Source: an uncultured bacterium
GTDB taxonomy: Bacteria; Bipolaricaulota; Bipolaricaulia; RBG-16-55-9; DRJF01
Direction: 5' to 3'
NCBI GenBank assembly: GCA_913053845.1
Contig: CAJXGD010000003.1
Span: 16,820-80,819 of the forward strand
DNA: 64,000 bases
The notes under the pieces: generated by a model
What the model was told of the DNA's origin: nothing
What the model saw: the letters and a program-made list of their open reading frames with translations, nothing else
The model's database searches: none
Part shown: in pieces, positions 10,229 to 18,840 of the stretch
Layout of the letters: each line of letters begins with the position of its first letter
Position numbering within the stretch: position 1 is the stretch's first letter
Position numbers and translations under genes: made by a program

Positions 10229-10255
10229 AGTTGATTATTGCTGCTATCCCTCCTC

Positions 10256-10284
10256 TTGACAAGACCTATTAGCGTACGATACTA
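10256..10284 (+). promoter_or_regulatory. candidate sigma70-like promoter (TTGACA-17nt-GATACT) in the deoC / BMP-transporter divergent region
   Basis: Seen in sequence: TTGACA at 10256-10261, then a weak -10. RBS GGAGGG lies before the BMP gene ATG at 10368. Confidence 0.3.
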
Positions 10285-10367
10285 TCGGTCTACGGTCAAG
10301 CGGCCCACCATTGGGCCTACCCCCACGGCGGGTCGGGCAGAGTATATATCCCTAAGAGGAGGGTAAC

Positions 10368-11567
10368 ATGCTACAAAGCAAAATCAAGCTGTTGGCAGTG
10401 CTAGGTTTGATCCTGGCCGTCGGATTCATGGTGCTGCCGGGAGGTGTAACCGCTGCAGCCCAGACCAAGGGACAGGTCGCCATGGTGCTGGACGTCGGCG
10501 GTCGCGGAGATCTATCGTTTAACGACATGGGTTTCAAGGGGCTCGAAGAGGCGGCCCAGGAGCTCGGGGTGAAGACGGTAGTGCTGCAGAGCGCCAGCGC
10601 CGCCGATTACCTGCCCAATATCCGCAACGCCGCCCGCTCCGGCAAGAATGAGCTCATCATCGCTATCGGCTTCCTGCTCGCCGATGCGGTGAACCAGGTA
10701 GCTCAGGAGTTCCCCAAACAGAAGTTCGCCATCATCGACTCGGTGGTGGATCAGCCCAACGTGCGCTCGATCGTCTTCCGCGAAAATGAGAGCTCGGCGC
10801 TAGTAGGGGCACTGGCGGCCATGGTCGCCGCCCAGGATGGCTTCAAGAAGGTAGGTGTCGTGCTAGGCATACCCATCCCGGTGCTCTTCCACTTCGAGGC
10901 CGGTTACCGCTTTGGGATCGACTGGGGTAATAAAAAATATGCCCAGGTCACCGGGACCAATCCCAACGTAGGCCTGCTCTGGACTTACACCGGAACCTTC
11001 AGCGATATCGCCAAGGGCAAGGCGTCTACCGAAGCGCAACTCAAACTGGGTGCCGGCTTGGTTTACAACGTCGCCGGTCCACTGGGCATCGGTGATCTGG
11101 AGGCGATCAGCGAGGCGATCCAACAGGCCGGACATCAGGCCGGTCCGCCGTTCATGATCGGCGTCGATTCCGATCAGGACTGGATGGGTGGCGGCAACAA
11201 AGTGCTGGCCAGCGCCATGAAACGTGTTGACAACGCAACTTTCGACGTCATCAAATCGGTCGTGCAGGGCAATTTCCAGCCTGGCACCGCTAGCCAGGGG
11301 CTGGACAACGGTGGGGTGGCCTTCTCGCGCTACGCCAATCTGCTCAACTTCATCAACTTTGGCATCAATGCCAACGCTATCAAAGAGGGAGACCGAGGCA
11401 CGATCATCAAGAATTGGCTGGAGATGCGCCAGCAGATTCCCTACTGGATATGGGATGCGGTCTCCGAGCTAGAGGTCAAGATCATGACCGGCAAGGTCAC
11501 CGTTCCCACGGCCAACACTCCGGACGAGATCCAGGCGATTCGCAAGCAGTTCCCCTTGGGTGGCTAA
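10368..11567 (+). CDS. BMP-family (PnrA/Med/TmpC) ABC transporter nucleoside-binding lipoprotein
   Basis: Signal peptide, then 'VAMVLDVGGRGDLSFNDMGFKGLEEAA...IIAIGFLLADAV...FAIIDS', typical of basic membrane protein family SBPs. Confidence 0.85.
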   Translation: MLQSKIKLLAVLGLILAVGFMVLPGGVTAAAQTKGQVAMVLDVGGRGDLSFNDMGFKGLEEAAQELGVKTVVLQSASAADYLPNIRNAARSGKNELIIAIGFLLADAVNQVAQEFPKQKFAIIDSVVDQPNVRSIVFRENESSALVGALAAMVAAQDGFKKVGVVLGIPIPVLFHFEAGYRFGIDWGNKKYAQVTGTNPNVGLLWTYTGTFSDIAKGKASTEAQLKLGAGLVYNVAGPLGIGDLEAISEAIQQAGHQAGPPFMIGVDSDQDWMGGGNKVLASAMKRVDNATFDVIKSVVQGNFQPGTASQGLDNGGVAFSRYANLLNFINFGINANAIKEGDRGTIIKNWLEMRQQIPYWIWDAVSELEVKIMTGKVTVPTANTPDEIQAIRKQFPLGG

Positions 11568-11645
11568 ACTGCCAAGGAACAGCCAAAATCATCGAGAAGG
11601 AGAAGGGCCTGCGGCCCTTCTCCTTCTTCAGCCTAGCGGTGAGCT

Positions 11646-12746
11646 GTGGCGCGCCTGAGCGCAAAGTTAGCAGCTATACCGGGCCTGCGTCCGGTGGGTG
11701 AGTCATCCCTGGCCGGACTGATCGGTATGATCCTCGGCGCGCTGCTGCTGCTCTTGTACAAGTTCAACCCGCTGTTGGCCTATGAGTCACTCTTCGCGGG
11801 CGGCTTCGGCAGCCTCTATGGCTGGGCCGAATCGCTGGCCAACGCCACACCGCTCATCTTGACTGCCCTGACCTTCGCCGTGGGCCTACGCGGCGGGCTG
11901 TTCAACATCGGAGCCGAGGGACAGGTCTATGTCGGCGCGCTGGCGGCGGTGGCGACAGGCTTGCTGCCGGTGCCGGCGGCCTTGCGACTGATCGTCACGC
12001 TGGTATTGGCCCTCGCAGCCGGGGCGCTCTGGGGCCTGGTCCCGGCGCTTTTGAAGATGACCCGAGGCGTCCACGAAGTCATCTCGACCATCATGTTGAA
12101 TTGGATTGCTTATTTCTTTGCCTTTTATCTTATTGCTCATACTTTATCCTCCCCCCTGAACGGCTCGCGGACGATCCGCATCCCGCCCGCCGCACGCTTC
12201 GGGGTGATCTTGCCCGGCACCGACCTGAACTATGGCATTCTCGTCTCGATCCTGCTCGCACTGCTCTTTTACTTCCTCCTCTGGCGCACCACAGTTGGCT
12301 TCGAGCTCCGTGCCGTAGGCTACAACCCCCGCGCGGCCCACTATGCCGGCATGGATGAGCATTCCATCGGCCACTGGGCCTTTCTACTCGGCGGGGTCAG
12401 CGCCGGGCTGGCCGGCGCGGTCCAACTGATGGGCCGCCCGCCTAGCTACGCCATCCTCAGCGGGATACCTCAACTGCTCAATCTGGGTTTCGACGGAATA
12501 GGGGTGGCCATGATCGGGCGTAATCATCCGCTGGGGATACTTCTCGCGGCGGTCTTCTTCGGCGGCCTGGAGGCCGGAGGGCGGACGATGGAACTGGTCG
12601 CCGGCGTGCCCCTGGAGATGGTCCGGGTGGTCGAGGGTCTGATCCTGATTGCCCTGGCGGTCCCCGAGCTGGGGCGCTTCTTGACCTACCTGCGTCACCT
12701 CAATCCACTGGAACTGCTGAGCCGGCAGCGGCGGAGGGCTGACTGA
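11646..12746 (+). CDS. ABC transporter permease (BMP/CUT2-type)
   Basis: Multi-TM ORF directly downstream of the BMP SBP. Start may be at a downstream Met. Confidence 0.8.
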   Translation: MARLSAKLAAIPGLRPVGESSLAGLIGMILGALLLLLYKFNPLLAYESLFAGGFGSLYGWAESLANATPLILTALTFAVGLRGGLFNIGAEGQVYVGALAAVATGLLPVPAALRLIVTLVLALAAGALWGLVPALLKMTRGVHEVISTIMLNWIAYFFAFYLIAHTLSSPLNGSRTIRIPPAARFGVILPGTDLNYGILVSILLALLFYFLLWRTTVGFELRAVGYNPRAAHYAGMDEHSIGHWAFLLGGVSAGLAGAVQLMGRPPSYAILSGIPQLLNLGFDGIGVAMIGRNHPLGILLAAVFFGGLEAGGRTMELVAGVPLEMVRVVEGLILIALAVPELGRFLTYLRHLNPLELLSRQRRRAD

Positions 12747-13642
12747 TGTCCTCAGCTTATCTCTGGGGATTGCTATTCTTCTCGCTGCATGCCATGGTGC
12801 CCATCACCTTGGCCGCTGTGGGTGAGGTGATCGGTGAGACGGCCGGACTATTTAATATCGGTCTGGAGGGCATCATGCTCACTGCGGCCCTCACCGGAGC
12901 ACTCGGCGCGACGCAGGGCGGCTGGCCGCTGGGCTTGCTCGTTGGCCTGGCCACCGGGCTGCTCATCGGCCTGATCTTCGGGCTGATCAGCACCTACGCT
13001 AAGGGTGACCAGCTGATCGTAGGCATCGGAGTAAACCTCTTCGCCTTGGGCTTCGTGGCCTTCGGGCTGACGCTGCTGGGCAGCCCGGGGTTCTATATCG
13101 TGCCGGCGGCCTCGCGCTTGCCCAAGATACACACCGCCGTGGGCAACCTCAGCCCGTTGGTCTTGGTAGCGGTGATCTTGCCCTTTCTGGTCTACTGGTT
13201 GCTCAATTATACCCAGCTAGGCTTGAAACTGAAGGCCGTGGGAGAGCAGCCGGCGGCGGCCGATGTCGCCGGCCTGCGGGTCAATGCGCTGCGGTTGGGT
13301 GCCACCGCCTGCGGAGCGGCACTGGCCGGACTGGCCGGTGCCTATCTGAGCATAGACTGGCTGGGCTCGGTGACCAAGGAGATCTCCGCCGGGCGGGGAT
13401 TTATCGCCTTGGCCACGGTCGTCTTCGCCGGACTGAATCCGTTGCTCACCCTGCTCGGCGGGATCATCTTCGGCTTCTTCGATAGCCTGGCCACCTGGGT
13501 GGCCAACATCCCAGGGGTGAAAGAGGCCGTTCCCTGGCAGATGATCTCCATGTTGCCCTATGTGGTCACCTTGCTGGTCGTAGCTGTGATCGGCCGAGTA
13601 CACTTCCCCAGTGCGCTGGGCAAGCCCTATAGTCGGGAATGA
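12746..13642 (+). CDS. ABC transporter permease (BMP/CUT2-type, second subunit)
   Basis: Multi-TM ORF. Start overlaps the preceding stop (ATGA-type coupling). Confidence 0.8.
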   Translation: MSSAYLWGLLFFSLHAMVPITLAAVGEVIGETAGLFNIGLEGIMLTAALTGALGATQGGWPLGLLVGLATGLLIGLIFGLISTYAKGDQLIVGIGVNLFALGFVAFGLTLLGSPGFYIVPAASRLPKIHTAVGNLSPLVLVAVILPFLVYWLLNYTQLGLKLKAVGEQPAAADVAGLRVNALRLGATACGAALAGLAGAYLSIDWLGSVTKEISAGRGFIALATVVFAGLNPLLTLLGGIIFGFFDSLATWVANIPGVKEAVPWQMISMLPYVVTLLVVAVIGRVHFPSALGKPYSRE

Positions 13643-13662
13643 TTGCGCCAGGAGTGCCAACA

Positions 13663-14628
13663 TCACCATCTCTCCTGGAGCAGCTCGTAGAGCAGTGCCT
13701 TGAACTTAGCACCGTCCGCTTCGTAGACCACATGGGTATTCGCTTCCCGGTGCAGCACACCCAACTCATCCACCACGGTCATGCCGCGCGTCAGTTCGCT
13801 CCGGTTCTCGACCGTCAGATAGCGGTCCTTCACGCTTGTGAATACCGATGGCTCGATAATCCCAGCGATTGTGAGCGCGTCAGGATGGGTGCCCCCGGCC
13901 AGACGTTGCTCCCGCTTGCTGAACTGGTGCGCGACGCGGTTGACTCTGAGGAAGAACTCGGATAGGTCTGTCTCCCACCTGGCGATTTCGTCCCAGGCCG
14001 CGTCGTCCAACACCGAGTGGCGCACGCAGATCTCCCAGCCGACCATGGTCAGGTTGAACCCCGCCTCGAAGACGATCTTGGCAGCATCGGGGTCTACCCA
14101 GACGTTGAACTCCGCCGCCGGGGTGACGTTGCCCAACCCCTGATTGGCCCCAGCCATGAGGTAAACCTGCTTGACCTTCTTCGGCAGGTCGGGATCCAGT
14201 TGGCAGGCGACCGCTAGGTTCGTCAACGGTGCGATGCCCGCAATGACCAGTTGGCCGGCGTACCGGTTTGCCAGGTTCACGATAGCCTGGACCGCATGTT
14301 GGGGTTCAGGACGCTGCTTGGCCTTGGGAAAGTGAGAGTTGCCCATCCCATCCTCGCCATGGATGTGCCCGACGGTCTTCCAAGAGCGCAGCAACGGCGA
14401 TCTACAACCGGGATATACCGGTATCTCGCCCGAACGTCCGGCGACCTCTACAGTGTAGAGCGCGTTTTCCACCTCTTGATCGAAGCCAATGTTTCCCGCA
14501 CAGATCGTGACCGCTTTGAGATCAATCATGGGGGACTTAAGTGCAAACAATAACGCGACAGTATCGTCACCTGCAGTGTCGGTATCGACGATTAGTGGGA
14601 CCTTACTCACTTTCATTGCTTTAGCCAT
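13663..14628 (-). CDS. nucleoside hydrolase (inosine/uridine-preferring family)
   Basis: N-terminal 'LIVDTDTAGDDTVALLFAL' is the DxDxxxDD calcium/ribose-binding signature of IU-NH. Confidence 0.85.
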   Translation of the reverse strand: MAKAMKVSKVPLIVDTDTAGDDTVALLFALKSPMIDLKAVTICAGNIGFDQEVENALYTVEVAGRSGEIPVYPGCRSPLLRSWKTVGHIHGEDGMGNSHFPKAKQRPEPQHAVQAIVNLANRYAGQLVIAGIAPLTNLAVACQLDPDLPKKVKQVYLMAGANQGLGNVTPAAEFNVWVDPDAAKIVFEAGFNLTMVGWEICVRHSVLDDAAWDEIARWETDLSEFFLRVNRVAHQFSKREQRLAGGTHPDALTIAGIIEPSVFTSVKDRYLTVENRSELTRGMTVVDELGVLHREANTHVVYEADGAKFKALLYELLQERW

Positions 14629-14638
14629 CTAATTCACC

Positions 14639-15559
14639 TCATAGCGGATGCTGCTGGATAAACCTACTGAGCTGAGCTCTTCGCGCCAATCCTGGCATCA
14701 CTTCCATCCTCGTGGCGCAGTACGCCCCGGCGTAACAAGCCCGGCGTGCAGCTTCAACTAGAGACTTCCCTTCGGCCAAACCGACGGCCAATACGCCGTT
14801 GAAGGCGTCCCCAGCGCCGGTGGCATCGACCGTCTTAACCCGTGGACTCCGCACCGTTTCCACACCTTCGGCTGTGGCGATGAGCACCCCAGCCTGCCCC
14901 TCGGTAAGGACCACAGCCTGCACACCAAGGCTCAACAGCCGTTTTGCCACACCTTCCAAGGGCAACTTCGAATCCGGTGCCTCGCCGATGAGCACATGTG
15001 CCTCGGTCTCGTTCGGGGTGAGCACATCCACGAACTGAAACGCCTCAGGTGAGAGTGGTTGAACGGGCGCAGGATTGAGGATCACGGTCAAGCCGTGGCG
15101 TTTGGCCAGTTTGGCCGCGTGGATCGCAGTCTCGACGCGGATTTCCAGTTGCAACAGCAACACCTGACAGGAAGCGATCGCTTCCTCCTTCAGGTCCACA
15201 TCTTCAGGTGAGAGCAAGCTGTTAGCCCCCGGTGTCACGATGATGGCGTTGTCGCCATCGGGGTACAAGAAGATCAACCCTATGCCGGTGTGCGTCGTGT
15301 CACGACGGACGTGCGCGTGAATCCCTTCGCGCTCCCATAACGCTAAGGCATCGTCGCCGTAGCGGTCCGGACCGATGCAAGCGACGAAATGCACTTCACC
15401 TCCCAATCGTGCGGCCGCAATGGCTTGGTTTGAACCCTTTCCCCCAGGGCCTTCAAGAAAACGCTCACCTAGGATCGTCTCGCCGATCACAGGCAAGCGT
15501 GGTGTTTGCACTGTCAGACCGACGTTGTAACTGCCTACCACCGCGACTTCGGCAGACAT
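14639..15559 (-). CDS. rbsK: ribokinase
   Basis: PfkB family with 'GGKGSNQAIAAARLG' and C-terminal 'DATGAGDAFNGVLAVGLAEG', the ribokinase signatures. Confidence 0.8.
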   Translation of the reverse strand: MSAEVAVVGSYNVGLTVQTPRLPVIGETILGERFLEGPGGKGSNQAIAAARLGGEVHFVACIGPDRYGDDALALWEREGIHAHVRRDTTHTGIGLIFLYPDGDNAIIVTPGANSLLSPEDVDLKEEAIASCQVLLLQLEIRVETAIHAAKLAKRHGLTVILNPAPVQPLSPEAFQFVDVLTPNETEAHVLIGEAPDSKLPLEGVAKRLLSLGVQAVVLTEGQAGVLIATAEGVETVRSPRVKTVDATGAGDAFNGVLAVGLAEGKSLVEAARRACYAGAYCATRMEVMPGLARRAQLSRFIQQHPL

Positions 15560-16287
15560 CAGTACTCCCCTTTCCCCCGGTCACCCCGTACGATAGCCAC
15601 ACTGGCACTCGTGCCAAGCAGGTCTGCGCCCGCCTCGAGCAGCGCTACGGCTTGCTCGAAGGTGCGAATGCCGCCGGAGGCTTTAATCTTAACCCGGTCG
15701 CCGACCCAGCGCTTCAGCTTATTGACGACCTCGACGCTCGCTTTGCCACCTTTGCCGTAGCCGCTGGAGTTCTTTACGTAGGCCACTCCCGCCTCAATGC
15801 TCAATTCCGCCGCGCGTCGGCCTTCCTCATCCGAGAGCATCCCTAACTCGAGCATGACCATGACCACCCGGCCTTCCGCTGCCCGAACCACGGTAGCGAT
15901 CTCCTCGCCCAAGCGGTCGAGATACCCGGACTTAAGGAAGCCCAAGTTAGGCATGAAATTAATCTCGTCCGCACCGAAAGCGACACAGTCACGCACAGCG
16001 GCGACCTTGGTAAACAAGCCATCCCCTCCCATTGGATAACCGAACGCCGTACACACCTTGACCGAAGACCCCCCTAGGAGAGAACGGGCTAAAGGCACCC
16101 AGCATGGCTGAACCATCGCGCCGTCAAAGTTATGTTGCAGACAATCCTCGCACAGCCGGTGGATGTCCGCCTCGTTCGCGTCAGGAGACACGAGCGTGTG
16201 CTGTATTCTGGCCGCGACCGCGGAGACGTCCCAATTCCTGGAGTCAGAAGTGGGAGCACCAGAGATACGATCAACCATGACTACCAT
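15559..16287 (-). CDS. DeoC/LacD-family class I aldolase paralog (second deoxyribose-phosphate aldolase-like)
   Basis: '…MVQPCWVPL…FGYPMGGD…KNSSGYGKGGKASVEVV…KASGGIRT' is the DeoC-type TIM barrel. Start overlaps the rbsK stop. Confidence 0.7.
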   Translation of the reverse strand: MVVMVDRISGAPTSDSRNWDVSAVAARIQHTLVSPDANEADIHRLCEDCLQHNFDGAMVQPCWVPLARSLLGGSSVKVCTAFGYPMGGDGLFTKVAAVRDCVAFGADEINFMPNLGFLKSGYLDRLGEEIATVVRAAEGRVVMVMLELGMLSDEEGRRAAELSIEAGVAYVKNSSGYGKGGKASVEVVNKLKRWVGDRVKIKASGGIRTFEQAVALLEAGADLLGTSASVAIVRGDRGKGEY

Positions 16288-16309
16288 CTTCTTTCGAACT
16301 GACCATTGG

Positions 16310-17170
16310 CTACCTCTCCTTTCTCATGGTGCGCACGGCCTCCATGTAGCGCTTCACCCTCTCCCCGTCCACCGGGTTCTCGGCGATGCCGTCCAGCTTA
16401 AGGGAGGAGCCCACGATGGCGCCATCGGCGTAACGCAGGAACTCGGTAATGTTCTCAGCGGTGGTGCCACTGCCCAGGAGCACAGGCCGTCTGGCCAACT
16501 CCTTGGCTCGTCTCACCTTATCCAGCTCCGGTGCATCGCCGGTCATCTTCCCGGAGACGATAAGGGCGTCGGCCAAATAATATTCCGTCCACTCGATGTG
16601 GGTGGCCAGGTCGATGCCGGGGAAGGGCACAGAGTGTTTCTTATCTACGTCAGCGAAGATCTTGACCTGCTCCGCCCCCAGGTTCTTCCGTACTCGGAGG
16701 AGCTCGGCGGCGCAGCCATGGTCAAACTCCCCCGTATCCCAAACCCGCGCACCGGTAAGAAGGCAGATACGGACGAAATCGGCCCCCGCAGCCACGGCGA
16801 TGGAGAGGGTCACCCGGCCGCCGTTGTGGACGACATTGATGCCCACCGGAACCTTCACTGCCTTCTTTACCTCATGAGCGGCCACGGCTTGGGCAGTCAT
16901 GGCCTCAGGAAGAGTCTCCTTCCCCACGTAGTAGGGCAAATCCCACATGTTCTCCACGATGAGACCGTTCACCCCTCCCTCAACCAGCACCTTGGCGTCC
17001 TGCAACGCGCGCTCGATGATGGCCTCCATGCCGCCGTAGGAGTCGTAGCCTAGCGCACCAGGCAGAGGCCACAGGTGCACCATGCTAATAATGGGTTTAT
17101 CCACCCCGAACATCTCCGCTAGAGAGTTCAATTGCAAACTATCCAGTCTCTCTCTCCACTTCACGGTCAT
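16310..17170 (-). CDS. BtpA/SgcQ-family TIM-barrel protein (paralog 1)
   Basis: 'DKPIISMVHLWPLPGALGYD...GVNGLIVENMWDLPY' matches the BtpA/SgcQ family (PF03437-like). Confidence 0.7.
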   Translation of the reverse strand: MTVKWRERLDSLQLNSLAEMFGVDKPIISMVHLWPLPGALGYDSYGGMEAIIERALQDAKVLVEGGVNGLIVENMWDLPYYVGKETLPEAMTAQAVAAHEVKKAVKVPVGINVVHNGGRVTLSIAVAAGADFVRICLLTGARVWDTGEFDHGCAAELLRVRKNLGAEQVKIFADVDKKHSVPFPGIDLATHIEWTEYYLADALIVSGKMTGDAPELDKVRRAKELARRPVLLGSGTTAENITEFLRYADGAIVGSSLKLDGIAENPVDGERVKRYMEAVRTMRKER

Positions 17171-17964
17171 TTGTGAGCACTCCTTTCAGAACTTAGAGAA
17201 TCCAAGAGGGTGTACAGCTCTCTCTGCCAGTGAGAATTACCCTTGCGCCCCTCTTCCAGCTTCAAGAAGGCGCATACCTCTTCTCTATCTGGAAGCGATC
17301 TCCCTGCCCCCTCAACGGTGGCACCCAACGCGCCCAAGGCATTGGCCAAGAGGGCCGATTCCTGCCACGTCAACCCCCGCAATCGCCCTAAGATAAAGCC
17401 GGCGTCGAAGGCATCACCCGCGCCGGTGGTGTCTCTCACCGCTACAGTGAAGGCAGGGACAGCGAAAATGTCCCCTTTGCTTCCAACCAGGCAGCCCTGA
17501 GCGCCCAGCTTATGGAGAGCGGAGCCCCGCTGAGGCGACTCCAAGAGAGCGTAGCCGGAGAGGTGGAGGAGGCGGGCTCCGGTAATGTAAGCTTCCTGCA
17601 GGAGTTTGGGGCTAGTGCGGGCATTAGCCCCTCGATAACCGAAGATAGTACGCTCGCCGTTGGGGGTGACGGCGATGAACATCAGCCCCATCATAGTCTC
17701 GTGATCCCGCTGGACGGCGCTCAGCTCCACCCCTGCCTCTGTCAGCTCGGCCAACACCCACTCGGATAGCGGGTCGGTCATCACCCGGCTGATGAGACCC
17801 ACATCCACACCCAACTGGGCCAGGACGATAGCGGTGTTAGCCGCCGAGCCACCACTCTGTACGCTCGCCCGCCAGGCCAGGCCGTCGTCCCCACAAGATG
17901 GGTAGCGGGGGATATAGGCCATGATATCCAAGTTAATATCCCCTAGGGTAATCACCTGAGGCAT
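17167..17964 (-). CDS. PfkB-family carbohydrate kinase
   Basis: 'ITLGDINLDIM...GGSAANTA' and C-terminal 'DTTGAGDAFDAGFILG', the ribokinase-like superfamily motifs. 4-bp overlap with the downstream BtpA gene. Confidence 0.75.
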   Translation of the reverse strand: MPQVITLGDINLDIMAYIPRYPSCGDDGLAWRASVQSGGSAANTAIVLAQLGVDVGLISRVMTDPLSEWVLAELTEAGVELSAVQRDHETMMGLMFIAVTPNGERTIFGYRGANARTSPKLLQEAYITGARLLHLSGYALLESPQRGSALHKLGAQGCLVGSKGDIFAVPAFTVAVRDTTGAGDAFDAGFILGRLRGLTWQESALLANALGALGATVEGAGRSLPDREEVCAFLKLEEGRKGNSHWQRELYTLLDSLSSERSAHK

Positions 17965-17996
17965 ATTAACACTCCCTTCTAACTCACAAGTATGCT

Positions 17997-18821
17997 TTAT
18001 TCAACCTGTCGCAGAGCAGCTATCGCCTCAGCAAGCGCTCGAACTCGCTTTGCATCAACCCTTGCTTCCAACTGCCCCTCCAGCTTAAGGGAGGTTCCGA
18101 CGATGAAGCCATCTGCCTCGCGATAGGCGGAGAGGTTGTCGATTCGCACTCCACTTCCCACTAAGATCGGGAGGGTGGTTATCTGCTTCATCGTCTGCAG
18201 ATCCTGCAGTGAGGTTCGCCTCCCCGTCCCGATCCCAGAGACGATGAGCCCATCGGGATTGTTTCGCGTTGTATCGAGGGTGGCCTCCTCGATGGTCGTC
18301 AGATGAACGGCGTGCTTGACATGTACGTCGGCGAGGATTCTCACCGGGCAGGCAAGGCGTTCCCGCAGCTCAAGGAGAGCGCGTGCCTCCCCCTCGATCG
18401 GCCCCTGATCGGTAAATGCGATCCCACAGAAGACGTTGATCCGGACGAACGCAGCCCCGGTTGCCATGGCGATTGCCAGGGCTCCGAGCCCGTCATTCCT
18501 AAGGACATTCACCCCGATCGGGATGTGCGCCACCCTAATCATTTCCTGAACGATCACCGTCATGGCCGTGATCGTCTCCCGTGGGGCAAACTTGCCAAAC
18601 GGGGCATCTTGCAAGTTTTCCACGATCGCCCCATCGGCTCCACCCTCCTCCAGGGCCTCCAGGTCAAGCAGGGCCGCAGCGACGATCGTGCGGATTCCCC
18701 TACTGTGATAGCGATAGCTTCCCGGCAAAGGGAAAAGGTGGATCATCCCAATGAGCGGTTTGTCACAGCGAGACAGTTCCATAGCCTTCAAGTTATCTTC
18801 CCTCCTCCGGCAGACTGCCAA
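17997..18821 (-). CDS. BtpA/SgcQ-family TIM-barrel protein (paralog 2)
   Basis: 'DKPLIGMIHLFPLPGSYRYH...GADGAIVENLQDAPF' is clearly paralogous to 16310..17170. Confidence 0.7.
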   Translation of the reverse strand: MAVCRRREDNLKAMELSRCDKPLIGMIHLFPLPGSYRYHSRGIRTIVAAALLDLEALEEGGADGAIVENLQDAPFGKFAPRETITAMTVIVQEMIRVAHIPIGVNVLRNDGLGALAIAMATGAAFVRINVFCGIAFTDQGPIEGEARALLELRERLACPVRILADVHVKHAVHLTTIEEATLDTTRNNPDGLIVSGIGTGRRTSLQDLQTMKQITTLPILVGSGVRIDNLSAYREADGFIVGTSLKLEGQLEARVDAKRVRALAEAIAALRQVE

Positions 18822-18840
18822 GGAGCAAGAGGTGAATACC

